A stretch of 58,376 nucleotides of DNA, the filler included, from Porpidia crustulata (Eukaryota), in the NCBI GenBank assembly GCA_964255105.1. It is 8 parts of 8 records of this genome, joined end to end, with 100 filler letters (N's around TTAATTAATTAA, not from the genome) between each part and the next. Parts side by side here need not be neighbours in the genome. Positions count along the whole stretch, not along the records: positions 1 to 7,232 come from CAXUWE010001376.1; positions 7,333 to 14,559 come from CAXUWE010001377.1; 6 more parts are not named here. One strand, given 5' to 3'. Of the stretch, positions 1 through 12,563 are shown one piece after another. Under the pieces are notes generated by a model. That model did not search any database. It had not been told where the DNA came from and worked only from the letters and a program-made list of their open reading frames with translations. The position numbers and the translations under genes were made by a program. Position 1 is the first letter of the stretch. Each line of letters opens with the position of its first letter.

Positions 1-815
1 GGTGTATTTACATGGATATAGAACTTGCACATATCGGCGATGATGCTTTCGATATATAGGGTGCTTGAGACATATGAAGCTTATTTTTGATGGTGTTTCT
101 AGGTCTTTGATGTCAATAATTAAGGTGGTCTGCGCTATAGTACTGATAGTTTATGATAGGTGGTTTTGGATGTTGGCATCAGATATTTCGGCGGATGATT
201 GTTTCGTTTCCTAATTGCCCCTCCCATTTGATCATATCCTATCTTATCTTAATCTTAACTTCAATTTTTCAATGTAGCGAGTGCGCTCTCCTCCCAACTC
301 CCGACTCGTTCCTCGCCTTAACGAATTGTGCCCATCGCTGACCTGTAGAACGTGCTTACGTTGCGTTACAAATCTTCCGTCTTCAAGCGATTTCTCCCTT
401 TTCCAACTCGTAGGTGGGCGTAGTCCTTGGAGGTTAAGATCCTCAAAGTGGATTCTATCAAGTTTGTCGTCTTGGTAGTTGATGCGGTGGTCCGAGTCTC
501 GTGTCATCGCAGTGGATCGATGATTGACTACCTCTTGGTTTATCATATGATGAGTACCTTAAAGACGGTGTTCATACTTGGCTGAACGCCTAGATACTGA
601 GAGCGAGCTGCACGGAGGAAATAATTCGCCCTATACTGTGAAGCGTTGACTTTTCGAAGCATCAGGCTAGAAAACCCCTTGGCCATGTCTGTCCTTACTC
701 TATCGACGTAAAGTGTTGCTGAAGCACTCGAGACGGGTTTTAAGTAGCCATTAGCACTTCAAAGGAAATGTGTCCTTAAATCATCGACCAACGCCTGAAC
801 AAAGCTTTGGTTTTC

Positions 816-2042
816 TCAATGTGCCTCTAAAGCTTCGAGAGATTGTAGGCTATCTTCCTCTGTCATTTCATACGCGTGCCTCTTATCTCGCGCGGTCTCG
901 CCCTTGGCCTCTTTGACCGCGGAAAGGAAACCAAGTTCTTGCCCAAAATTGGATTCCAGAAAATTGCAGACCCACAAAGCGTCAACCTGTGAATCCTGAG
1001 ATAACAATAATTCGGCGGCTTTGAGACCAAGTCGAACTGTACCGATTCGCCCTCGCGTATTGGACGGTGTCCATTTCTTAAGATAAAGTAACGCCGAAGT
1101 TGCTTCAGGTTTTTCTGGGCTACATAATTCTAGGCATCCGCGGTGATACAAGGGCCGAAGGCTCCAGGAATCTACAGATTTGTAGAACGTATTGTAGATA
1201 GGTACTTCAATGGTGTTATCCATCCCGACTTTAGTGATTTCCGTACAAAGCCAGGATCCTGCACGATTAAACAATCCATGAGAATTCCAACCACTTGTAT
1301 TACGTGATGTCATGACTTCGCTCAGTTTCTGTAAGAAAAACTCTAGTGAAGAGACGATTCCAGTGCCAAATTTAGTTTCGTGCTGTATCGTTTCCAGAAG
1401 CATTTGGCGGCGCTGTCTACATCTGTTTCCCAGCGAACTATGGTTCTCGTCATTTTCCAATTGGATAATCCAGTGCCATATCAGGTCGATGCGGCCCTCA
1501 GTAACAAGGAAAGGTATTAGGAGAAATATAAAAGTTTGATCCTTCAAAAAAGACCCGGTCTCTGCGGCGCCGGATGACCATAACCAATTCAATATAATGG
1601 ATGCGGTGCCTGAGGATACATTGGGTACTTTAGATTCTGCCTCAGCCGACATGGCAAACTTTTTATAGTCTTGAGTAAGGCAGACTTTAGCCGTGTTCAG
1701 ATTTGCGGATCCAGAAATCACTTGCTGCTTAAAGTGTTCCATCGGCCACTCAAGAACTTCCTGAATCTGGCTTACCTTATTGCTACTGCGTGAGTCTGTT
1801 AGAAAGTTCTCTAATTTCTTGGGCTTCGTTTTAAAGAGTGGGCTTTGTAGGATCGACTGCAAGTGGTCGTTCGTAGAACGGCCGCTCTCTGACCGATCTA
1901 GCGGATGCTCTTGATCGAGTTGCTGCCTGAAAGAGTCTTGGAGCAAAGACAACAACTTCTTAGACTCTCGTGAGTTTAGTGGCAATTGAGGATGTAACTT
2001 TGAGACAAGATACTTCCACGCAAGAATTGAAGACGCTTTCAT
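816..2042 (-). CDS. Conserved hypothetical fungal protein, 408 aa, possibly mitochondrial
   Basis: Long intronless ORF. The N-terminus LHPQLPLNSRESKKLLSLLQDSFRQQLD resembles an uncharacterised Pezizomycotina family (recalled, not searched). Divergent from DEF1. Confidence 0.75.
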   Translation of the reverse strand: MKASSILAWKYLVSKLHPQLPLNSRESKKLLSLLQDSFRQQLDQEHPLDRSESGRSTNDHLQSILQSPLFKTKPKKLENFLTDSRSSNKVSQIQEVLEWPMEHFKQQVISGSANLNTAKVCLTQDYKKFAMSAEAESKVPNVSSGTASIILNWLWSSGAAETGSFLKDQTFIFLLIPFLVTEGRIDLIWHWIIQLENDENHSSLGNRCRQRRQMLLETIQHETKFGTGIVSSLEFFLQKLSEVMTSRNTSGWNSHGLFNRAGSWLCTEITKVGMDNTIEVPIYNTFYKSVDSWSLRPLYHRGCLELCSPEKPEATSALLYLKKWTPSNTRGRIGTVRLGLKAAELLLSQDSQVDALWVCNFLESNFGQELGFLSAVKEAKGETARDKRHAYEMTEEDSLQSLEALEAH

Positions 2043-2592
2043 GGTTGCTAATTGGAATGACGTAGACTATTCGACAGTCAATCGAGTGGTGAGGCAGAGC
2101 ATGCTCAGTAAGGTAGCATGGATAGGTAACAAGCGCTCGCTCGCTAGCTTTCAGAGTTGTATCTACAGTCATCCCCATTCATCTCACATTAGTTGTATGA
2201 TTTGTGTTTTGATAGAGGATGCAGTCACATGCAGCAAAAGATGTGACTCGAGGGCGTTCGCTCAGACGAGGCTCGATTAGGGCTAGAATGCCCGCTTTAG
2301 CGCCGACTTCGTTCCTACGCGATTTGGCGAGTTGGTTTATTACGAGTCTGGTACAAAGTGACGTTGAAGCTTGCACATTGTACCTGCTACGTGTAGCTGA
2401 CTCAAATTTCGCCCCGACATATCCCTCCGTCATTCGTTCCTATCTGCCCTACACTGGCTGATCAGAGATCACCTCTATCGTGGCTTGGCAGAGCTCACGT
2501 GAAACCCTGAAGTGATAGCCTACTTTCTCCACAAAGCTATCATCCGTCGATAATCCTCGTCCACCTTTACCCCATCCTCAATTCTCAGTAAT

Positions 2593-5500
2593 ATGTCAGA
2601 AGTACGATCAAGACCAGCTGCCCCAAGAGGCAGAGGGTCAATCCGTGGTAGTCGTGGAGGGGGATACAGTGGAAGAGGTGGGCGCGGAGGCAGTCGCCAG
2701 GTCAATGGAGACAAGCCAGACATTGAAGCAGCTCCATCTTATGAAGATGAGGGAGAGATTGGGCAGCTTAAGAGGCGGTACGTATCAGAGTTAGGCACCA
2801 TCAAAGAGATGTTCCCGGATTGGACCAATGAAGACATTGTCTTTGCATTGCAGGAGACTGGCGGGGACCTTGAAGGCACAATTGAGCGCATGTCCGAAGG
2901 TATGTTATCTCGCGACATCACTGCTTATCAGATCTAGGGACCATATCGCTAATTTAAAACGAAGGCAACATATCGCAATGGGGCGAAGTCAAAAAGAAGA
3001 CCAAGGATCGCTCACAGCTCAAAGTTAAAGAGGGAGCAGCTCCGCTCAATGAGAGCATCAATACCTCAAACCGTGGCGGACGTACTCGAGCTGGCAACGA
3101 GAATCCCCGCGGAGGTCGTGGCCGCGGTTCGGAGCGTGGTCGAGGAATAGGGCGGGGTGGCAGAGGTGGTTCTACCACTAACGGCTCTCGTAACCCGACT
3201 GTGGAAAAGAGTACACCAGAAGCGGTTTTATCTAACGATTCCGGATCATGGGACACCGCGATCGCAAAACCGGACGGTAACGACGGCAACAGCGGAGCAT
3301 GGGACTCACAAGAGACGGACACCACCCCCATGGAATCCTCGTGGGAGAACGTTACTGTGCCAGACCCAGCTCCCGCTCCGCCTGCAGAAGTTCAGAAGCC
3401 AAGTTCAAAACCAGACGGTACCCGTAGCTGGGCAAGTATGCTATATAAGCCAATTGCTGCGCCAGCTCTACACAAGGCATCACACCCTGCGCCTGTACCA
3501 GAAACGCCGATCGAGGCGCTCAAAGCTACGCCAGATCCAGTACAGATTGATGCGTCTGCATTGCCGCATCCGATACAGCTTGAAGAACCCAACTCGGTAC
3601 CGCCGGAAACCCCACCAATGCCTACAATACCTTCAGAGCCGGCAGCTGATATAACACCATCGAAAGATGAATTAACAGAAACCAATCTGGAACAGCTTCC
3701 GGATGCGTCTACTGGGCCGCCCACCACGGCTACTGCAGCCAGTACTGTAGCAAGCACCGTGGATCCGAGTGGTGGAGTGGGCAGCACCTCAGTCCACGCA
3801 TCACGATCACAGATCGGTTCTCGACCTCCAATGGGAGGTTACGCCACCAGTGCCTACAAGGCCACTGGTCTCCCTGGACGCTCAGCAAGCTTTCAGAAGA
3901 AGTTTTTGGAGCAGCAAGAAGCTGTAGTTATGCCTGGCAAACACGCAGTGGACCGTGCGGCGGTACAATTTGGAAGTATGGGGTTAAACGGCACCTCTGA
4001 AGATGTTGATGTTGACAGTGATCGAGAAGAAGCCGAAACACGTGCTCAACCTCCACAGCATTCGCCTATTGCGCCAAGGGCCGCGCTGCCCCCAGCACCA
4101 ATACCGTCGGCTTTTGCTTCACAGCCCACGACAAGCGACCCTCTCCCAACGCCTCGACAAGCTCCAGGACTGCCACCACCTACGCAGCAACCTGACCTTC
4201 AACAGGCAGACCTAGGTCCAATGGTGGATCCCAGTGCGTCTCAGCAGCCTATCCCGTCAAATCACCCTTACAATCAGTTCAATAACCGCTATGGTGCTCA
4301 GGCCCAGCAATCGGAACCGTCGGCACCAGCACAGAAAGCCTACGAGCCTTTCGGTCAACAAATGCAGCAGCCAACCCATCAGTTTGATGGCTATCCGTCA
4401 ACTTCTCAAGCTCCTACCCAGCCTCAGCATGCTCAATCTCACGTGGGCGGAAATTCCTCCGCTACCAATGATATGTCGTCGTACTACACGTCCGACAATC
4501 AGCGCAACGCTTATCAAAACTATTACGGTAGCTATGGCCAGCAGTCGCAGCAAAGTCTACAAGATCCAGGTATGACGCAACAGAGATCAGGGAGTGCATT
4601 TGGGGCTTCTCAAGCAGAGCCCACTTCTCAGTATGCTACTAGCCAAATACAGCAGCAGCCACAATCACGTTATGGCCAAACTGCTGAAACGCACACGAGT
4701 GGCAATTCAACTCCTAATCCTACAATTCCTGGCCCGCCTCAACACCAACAACACCAACATCAGCCACAGCAAAACCAACAAATGCATCAGCAGCAAGGAC
4801 AAGGACAGGGTGCTGGTCAGCCTGGAGCATATCCGTATGGACATCCATACTACGCCAGCCCGTATTACTCGGCGTATATGAACCAAGTAAGTAACCATCC
4901 GTATGGTCGGGATCGTCCGATGTTCGACGACGCGCGTCGGTATGATGATCAGTATCTCACACATATGAACCAGTTTGGCTATGGCGGTTCTCAAGGTGGT
5001 TATGGAGGCAGTCCCTTTACTGGTGGTGCGGGAGCAGGAAAGCAGGGCATGTATGGCCAACCGCATCAGGGCTATGGAATGTCCCCACAGACAGGCTACG
5101 ACCAGCACTCATCGTCTCCCGCCAACGTGGGCGGGTTCAATCAACAGCATTCAGGATCTGGTCGTGATGGCGCTGCAAGCAGCAATCTCGGCTATGGACG
5201 TACTGGTTCTACACAGCCGATTGAGAGCCAGCAGCAGTATCCCGCTACAAGTGGGGCTTCTTATGGTGGGATGCCAGATGTCTTTGCTCGATCCCAGTCT
5301 GGCTATTCGGGACACCAGCAAGGTCTGGGTCATCAGCAACAAGCTGGTGTCGAAGATTCTGCGCGTGTCTACGGTGAAACTTCCAAGGTATCTGGTGGAC
5401 CCAGCCCTGCTCCAGGTCAGGCTGTTGGGCGTCCTATGTCAGCTACCAACATGCAGAGTCAAGGACTACCCCCATCTCAAGGCCAGGGTCAGAGCCAGCA

Positions 5501-5717
5501 AGCTTATCCAGGTTACCCAAGCCATCTGAACGCACCAATGCATGGACAACAAGGTTCGCAATATGGTGCTGGTCCAGGCGGGCTTGGGGCCCACCATCAA
5601 GGTGGTGGGCAGAACCACCAAGGAAGCGGCTATGGACAATATGGCGCCGGCCTAGGTGGGAATTATTATGGTGGTAACAACACGCGCGGAGGATGGGGTA
5701 ATAATTATGGGCACTAG
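2593..5717 (+). CDS. DEF1: RNA polymerase II degradation factor Def1 (N-terminal RGG + CUE domain, long Q/G/Y/P-rich C-terminus)
   Basis: CUE motif LGTIKEMFPDWTNEDIVFALQETGGDLE. Intron 2900-2964 (GTATGT..GCTAAT..AAG) joins to GNISQWGEVKKK, then continues into the 838-aa ORF with the conserved EQQEAVVMPG..VDRAAVQFGS block. Confidence 0.9.
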
Positions 5718-6521
5718 ATCATGAAATCGGCCCAATGAAGGTCGAGTGTCACGGGTGTCTTTTGTCGAATTCTGCGTGCACGGTCTGGCTAGCTATTGGT
5801 GCCGCCGGTCTCAGGTTTCAAACGTCTCTATCCTGTCATGCCATCTCATCTTTCACCGCGAAAAAAGTCGAAGAGACTGGTTCGCGAAACATCAATGGTT
5901 GCGTCTGCACTTGATCATCACTTGGGGCCTCGAGGATTACAGAATGGCAGGAATTCAGGGGCTCGTCAATCAATGTATTCTAGGAACTCGCGCGGGAGTC
6001 TGAGGACTTGCAATCAAATGTGCCTGACTCGAGAATGTTTGTGTGCTATAATAGACTTGGATCGATGAAGTTGCGAACAAAGTTAGTGTGTTGATGTCAT
6101 TGTATCCTGTTGAGACCTGAAGTTGACTACCCTTGACCTCTCTGAAGACAGATATGCACTCTAATCCCACGAGGAGGTTTCTGTGCTCTCTCGGTATGAT
6201 ACCTTTACCTCTTACAGACATATGATATATCGCCCCCAGGCAACGGAGTCTCGTCCTTCTTGTGGTGATGTAGGGCTGACCAATGATCACTCGTCCGTAC
6301 TAGCGTTGCCGCTACGACGAATCGCGCAAACCGAGCCTCCTGTTTCGCGCAGTATCATCAGCTCACCATGGCCTCTCTTCATTAATTTCTTTATCACCAC
6401 CACAACTCTTCATCGCCATCAATTTATTACACGCACGATCGCCTCATCTTTGCGATCCTATGCACCACAGAAAAGCGTCTTTTCATTCTCCGTATCTAAA
6501 GAATCACGATCTACATTTGCA

Positions 6522-7232
6522 ATGGCTAGCGAAGAACCCCAAGTTGGTGATAAAGGTACGTGTAATTCGAGGACCTACGTATCATCTAAAAAGGGACCGA
6601 AGAATTCGCGCGCTTTCGCGCTTTATTGCCCACCTTCACGTTTCTATCAATTTTACTATACGCGCCTTGCAACCTCAGCTAATCCACGCCTCAGTTTCAT
6701 GGAACTATGGCGGCGCCCAACCCTCAGGTGAAGTCGCGGAGAAGAAGACCGACGGCGAAGTTTCCATCCAATCTAAACGCGGCAACACCATCAAGCGCAA
6801 AGGCGATCCCGAAAACCCCGCCGTCCACATCGCGCGTCCTGGCAACGACGTGGTAAAGAAGCAATCCGAACTCCACGTCGAAGAGAAGAAATCCGACGAC
6901 CCCGACGCCGAGCCTACCGCCAACGAAGCTAACGGCGACACCGCCGCTGACGACGCGCCCAAGACCGGCGACAAGCGCGCGGCCGAAGCCGACCCCGACG
7001 GCGAAGAAGCCCCCAAGAAAGCCACCGCCGGCCGCGGCCGACCGAAGAAAGCCGCCCGCGGCGCCGCTGCCTCCGCCCCCGCCCCGAAGAAAGCCGCGCC
7101 CGAGAAGAAGAAGGCTGCTGCCGCCGAGGATGGGGAGAAGAAACCCCGGGGCCGGCCGAAGAAGGAAGGAGGGGCTAGCGGGACGCCGAAGGCGAAGAAG
7201 GAGAAGAAGCCGAGGACGGCGCCCAATGGGAC
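6522..7232 (+). CDS. DUF2945/Hva1-type Tudor-like domain protein with Lys/Ala-rich AT-hook tail (3' truncated at contig end)
   Basis: ATG 6522 and intron 6556-6694 give VGDKVSWNYGG..GEV..KRGNTIKRKGDPENPAVHI..GNDVVKKQSEL. The tail has GRGRPKK and KPRGRPKK AT-hook motifs. Confidence 0.75.
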
Positions 7233-7332
7233 NNNNNNNNNNNNNNNNNNNNNNNNNNNNNNNNNNNNNNNNNNNNTTAATTAATTAANNNNNNNNNNNN
7301 NNNNNNNNNNNNNNNNNNNNNNNNNNNNNNNN
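7233..7332. other. Artificial contig linker (N44-TTAATTAATTAA-N44)
   Basis: Identical 100-bp spacer with stops in all six frames. Confidence 0.99.
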
Positions 7333-7639
7333 AAGCACTAGCATTATATATCGAATTAAGCTCGATCAAACAGCCCATTTTATTCAGACACATCGATATT
7401 TGATTCTACGCTCGAAGCGATGTCCGAAAAGTTCTGAAGGCCTTCAGTCAAGCGGCCTGCTGGCCTAGGACGGGATAAGATACGAATACGAATTTGGCAT
7501 CGTTGGATATCTTGTTTCGATCATGAGGCATCAAATTCTGATGCTCTAAAGAAATACACCTAGCCCACGAGAAAAGCCAACCTATCCTCCAAATCGAAAT
7601 TATACTTGATCGATAGACTTCAGCTCCAACGAAGGTCTA

Positions 7640-9637
7640 GATTCTCCCACCACTCTCTCTGGTGAAACTGCTCTCCCTCGAAAACAACTCCTCCACTGTG
7701 CCCGAGCACCACCATACCCCTGCTGGACGAATCGCTAATCGATATTCCTGGCCAGCTTCCATGCGATATTTGAGAGCAGCCGCGCTTTGCAGGAAATCGG
7801 TTTCGCAGATGAATGGGACATTTGGCTCCGGAGTTGTTCAATACTTGCGAGACCAAGCGTGGTTGGACCTTAAAGGGCATACCGCTGGCATGAATACTAT
7901 AGACCAGCTCTTCCGATGAAGTGGGTTTGAACGATTGAAAAGGGTTTGGATGGATGGTGCTGTGTTACGTGCTGGTGATTGTCGGCCAAAGGTTGTGTGT
8001 TGAGGTTGGAGAGAGTGGTGCGATGATGGGTTGGTTGCTGGCTGACTTGACTGTCACTGTTATTCTCCACAATTGGTGATTACGATTTGCAACGTGTTTA
8101 TAGGAGGCCCCCTGCGGTGTACAATACCGGATGACAACGAGAGCTCAATCGAGACCCTCGGCGGTACCGGCAAAGACTCGACCACCGTGAAGTCTTTCCA
8201 ACTTGGCCTTGCCGCGACGAGTTTTGCGGATTCTGTGGGCGGCAGTTGATGCATAGCCGCAGTTCCTGGATAAGTTGACACATCATCGACAGTACCGAAT
8301 CTCCACCAATCTATCCTAAGGTCAAGACTCTTAAGTCTTAGGCGGTTATTTCGGCCTGGTTTAACAACATCGAGGAGCTTCTCATGTGGTCGTAGAGACA
8401 AGGTATAGTCGAGATGGGATGGTGCCCTACTTGGGCCTGAGATTCGAGATGGTAATTCAATGAAGTAGTTGTTCACGCTTCCACTCGGCATTGTAGCATC
8501 GCGAATGGACATGGCTGGATTGGCTTCACGTCTTCTATATCCAGTACTTCTAGCAAGCCTTGATCAAAGACGTAAGTGGACTCAAATAGAGAGCTGTCTG
8601 CTGGAAGCACCAAAACCTTTCGTCATTGTCGAGTCTCTTAACTTCCACAGATATCTCGAACGGATTGGCACCAGAGAGGTCGAGAATTGTGGGGACGTGG
8701 CTGACTTGCAAGTGCACTTTCAGCTTAAAATCTGACGACTCCTCCGTGATCTTGTATCGTTCGACGAAGAGCTTCAACTTTCTATAAGCAAAGAGCGCGA
8801 CCCTGTCAAGACATACAAGTGGTCGTTCAGGAGAACACCAAGCACAGCTCGTCAATATTGACTCCTGGATGGTGTACTTGAAGCCTCGAGAGAGCTATGG
8901 GGTCCTCCCGCCACCCGGATATATATGTTATGCTGCGAGACTTTTATCTACCGAGGCCGTTTGATGCGGTGCTCCCAGTTCGGACGCAGTAATTCTTGTA
9001 TATATGGGAAAACCCTCAAGTTTATGGAAGTCATGTATATTCTTGAACGGCCACAGTAGTTTCCTGTCGTTTGAACATCGGTGCGAGCTTTGTGAGGAAT
9101 TGACGGTTATGATTGAGATGTGGTGGCACAGGGCTCCGAATCTCTCATCAAGACTAGCCGAGCTGGTAATCAGTTCATGCACACTGATCTCTCCTCCTGT
9201 ATGGATCATGTTCTTTGTCTGTCGTCTCGATGCCATACTACCGGCGGATCTTGGCATACATCCATTCATGATGGAATGAAATTCTAAAGATGGAGATACA
9301 GTATGTCAGAAACCCCTCACCCATAATCAGAACAATAGCGGAGCGTACATCGTCGGCGACCCTTGCCTGCTCCACTAGGGCTGCAGCTTGGAGAAGATTG
9401 GAGCAAGAGTGAACCCAACGTGGCTACGAGAACGCAGATTGATCTACAAGGAGGATTTCCCCACTGTGTACGCAAAGCATAATCTAGACTCGACGATACA
9501 CATGGAGTACACCATTCGCCATTCGAAATTCTCTCAGTCTTGGTATACCGCCGGGGAATAGGTCCGACCATCCGTCGTACCCTCTCTGCCTCGTGAGCAG
9601 TCATCATAGAGTTTCGCGGTACGGCGTTTAGATCCAT
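7640..9637 (-). pseudogene. Degenerate gene(s) of an uncharacterised fungal family
   Basis: Protein-like fragments lie in colinear order in different minus frames: PTILDLSGANPFEISV, KPG..RLRLKSLDLRIDWWRFG, FTVVESLPVPPRVSIELSL, GQEYRLAIRPAGVWWCSG. They are separated by stops and frameshifts without clear introns. Boundaries approximate. Confidence 0.4.
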
Positions 9638-10855
9638 GCCTTAATCCGACAATATACCTTAGTGATGTCGATGATTGGGCTTAACTCCTTTTTGTGCTAG
9701 TGGCGCGCTTGAGCACAATACAAAGCCTGAGCTGTGTACTAGATCCGGGTATAGCTAGCTTTGGTGGCTACCTTCCATCAAGGAACTGAACGACGAGGAC
9801 ATCTTTAGTCCGACCAGCTTCTAGGATTTTGGGCCATTGACGGCCGACAACCTGTCTCTACAAGCAACGAAATTGCTGGACTGTCAGATTTGGCAAAGTC
9901 TGGGCCAAATCGTCGCTAGTCCACACAACTTCTGGAATGGAGACTATTCCAGATAAACGCTGAAGCAATGACCCGCAAAGAGGTGGCCAGCGGCCATATT
10001 AGAAAGTTGGCAATAAGAGTAAGGTCTACCACTATCTGGCAGTATTTGGCAATTGGGACTTCCACGGAGATGATGGCGCTCGTCTGAATTGGGGAAATAA
10101 GTTGACCGACAGAACGTGTGCCTAGAACCACTGATTTCATGTGAGCTTAAGCCATGCCACAGTGGACGTCATCGACCCTGCCTTTAAGTGCGATGATCTA
10201 GTTCTCATCAAAACCGAAGCTGATGGATCGCTGAAGAGAGATGGAGCAGGCGGCCAAAGTCAAAGAGGAAATCCTTATCGAGGAACACATTAGAAAGGGA
10301 CCATGCTCTGAAGTCAACTGAGATCTTGACTCGTCTGGGATCTGAAAGATTACTTAGACTGGTTTCTGATGGTGGAGCACGCGAAAGAGATATTACAGCA
10401 TATGTCCGGGCTGGAGCTCTTATGAATGGCAGCAGAATATTTCTGACCGTCTTCTTCAGCGATGACTTTGAAAAAAAGGTCGCGTACGCGATCGAGGGGA
10501 TTATGAGCAAAAGTATCGATCGAAGAACTCAATCTAGCGAAGAAAGGTTCTCGTCGGGCCGTTGTCGTGCAGGAAGGTCTTCGGGGAAACCCCTTAGTAT
10601 TCATCCGTTGGGTCGCAGCAATCCTGCCAGTAGTGTCTGGGATCTACTCTCTCGGAGGTAAAGAGTTAGTGAGATGGCTTGGAAGCATGTGAGCGAACGG
10701 GGCTTAAGTCATGCATAGAGAAAGGATATTTTGTTTATTTTGACTAAGTTCTTGATGTCAGGAAATATCACTGAAGGACTGGATCAAAATGAACAAAAAA
10801 AATCCTGTCGCTATGCATGGCTTATGACCCATGATCGTATCATCCTTGGGATACC

Positions 10856-12228
10856 CTAGAGGGTTGCGTCGTCTCTGAAATCTTCAAAGCCGTTGGGGAA
10901 TCGAGCCAAGAACTTGCGCATATTTTCTTTCGAGCTGGATGTCGTAAGCCTTAGTTACCCTACTGAGCTGTCGAAAGATTCGGATACCCACGTTTCGATA
11001 AGTTTGAACCACTCGGGACAGATAGCAGCAACAACGATGTCAGTACGACTGCAGCAGGTCAGTGTTTGTTTCCACGTATATATCAGCACGTGGAGACTTA
11101 CATTGCATACATATCATGACGGTCGTAAAAGTCCTGCTGGGGTTCAGAAGCCCCGATTTCATTCTTATACATGTCGATGAAATCCATTCCGAAAATGTAA
11201 CGGGGATCGCCCATGTTTTGAAGGTCCACTACAACGTATTCCTGTCAGTCAAATGGCCCTTGACCAGTATTATCCGACAGCATGCTGACTTTCATTATGT
11301 CCATAGAAGGCACATGAGTCGAACACTACAGGCTGCTTTGTATTCACATCAATCTGGACATTGCCGTCCCATAGATCACCATGGCAAAGAGTAGGCTTGA
11401 TGTCTCTGCCACCAGTCTGCAAAGGCCGCAGGAGCCGAGCGACAACCTTCTGTATGAATGTTTCTGTCAGATCAGTCAATTCAGGATCTTCTCCATAGAC
11501 ATTCTGCAGAAAAGAGATGTCAGAACGAAATTGACGCGCAAAGTACTCCTCCCAGCTATCCGTCCAATCATTGACCATCTTGGGCGGTCCATTGTACGTC
11601 GTCACCTGAAATCCAAATTTACCAGTCGGCGATACGGACGTCTGATGAAGCTTCTTCATAATTGCGAGAAACTGCACAGTGGGTGGTGAACGATCACGCA
11701 GATCACGGAAGCGGGTCATAAAGAACGCTTTAGATTTGTCCTCTTGAAACATTCCCCATGCCATTGGGAGAACGACGTTGTCGGGTATTATCGCTGCCAA
11801 GGCCTTCTGCGATTCATACTCCCCTTCTGCCATACCACTCCATTCAGTTTGTTTAATGATCTAGAAAGCAGCTATTAGCAGAGTCTTACAGCTGGACTTA
11901 AAAAAATCCGAAGAGCTTGCCTTGAGGAAATATTCCTTTTCTTCGCCATCTACTTCAATGTCCACTCGAAGCCCAATGGACCACTGTAGTCCGCTGATCA
12001 GTATCGTATCAGTAGAGAATACTCGTCTGATATAGCATACCCTGGTCTTGCCATGTGGGACAACCGATAGCACTTCACATCCGACTGGAAGGACTGTCAC
12101 CACTATTAGTGCCCGAAACCACCTTCTCCATTGTATTTTCGTCCCGTCGACGCTGCTTCCCGGCGAAAGATGAACCGAGTAGGCCACTTACCGGCCAAAA
12201 TTGCTGGATCGAGGTTCTCAAAGCTCAT
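10856..12228 (-). CDS. Fructosamine-3-kinase / ribulosamine kinase family protein (7 exons)
   Basis: Motifs YFLK, GEYES, SPTGKFGF, W..SWEEYF, VVARLLRPL..GGRDIKPTLCHGDLWDGN and FD..AFYGHNE. Start MSFENLDPAILA at 12228, stop TAG at 10856-10858. Six introns reconstruct an open frame. Confidence 0.88.
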
Positions 12229-12563
12229 TGTGGACGGACTGCTTACGGACAAGTTTCTCAAGAGCCCGTTGAGACAGGTGCAAAAAGGTGTCCTCCATGA
12301 TGGCGCGAAATCAAACATGATCTGCGACTATCCGTAGGTGACAAATCCTCCCGCCACAGAGCATAAGCTTAATTGGTTCGCTATCGCTTTACCGGGGCCG
12401 ACAGGGGCTCAGGCTAACACTCAAATGTTTCGAGCTCTGTTCACAATGTATTGTTGGGGTCACACGGTTCTCGCACCATGACTGATTCAATTCGCGATTT
12501 ACGTCGCCGTCAATCCGCAGAACACTGGGACATGCCAATATATTTGTATATACCTCCCTGGCC

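Noticed and set aside
3157..5529. Many alternative-frame and antisense ORFs over DEF1 (likewise over TOP1, epsin, CHAT and OSCA)
   Set aside because: Shadows of long or low-complexity coding sequence with no independent motifs
7277..7288. TTAATTAATTAA recurring about every 7.3 kb as a possible biological repeat
   Set aside because: Always centred in N runs; it is a synthetic six-frame-stop spacer
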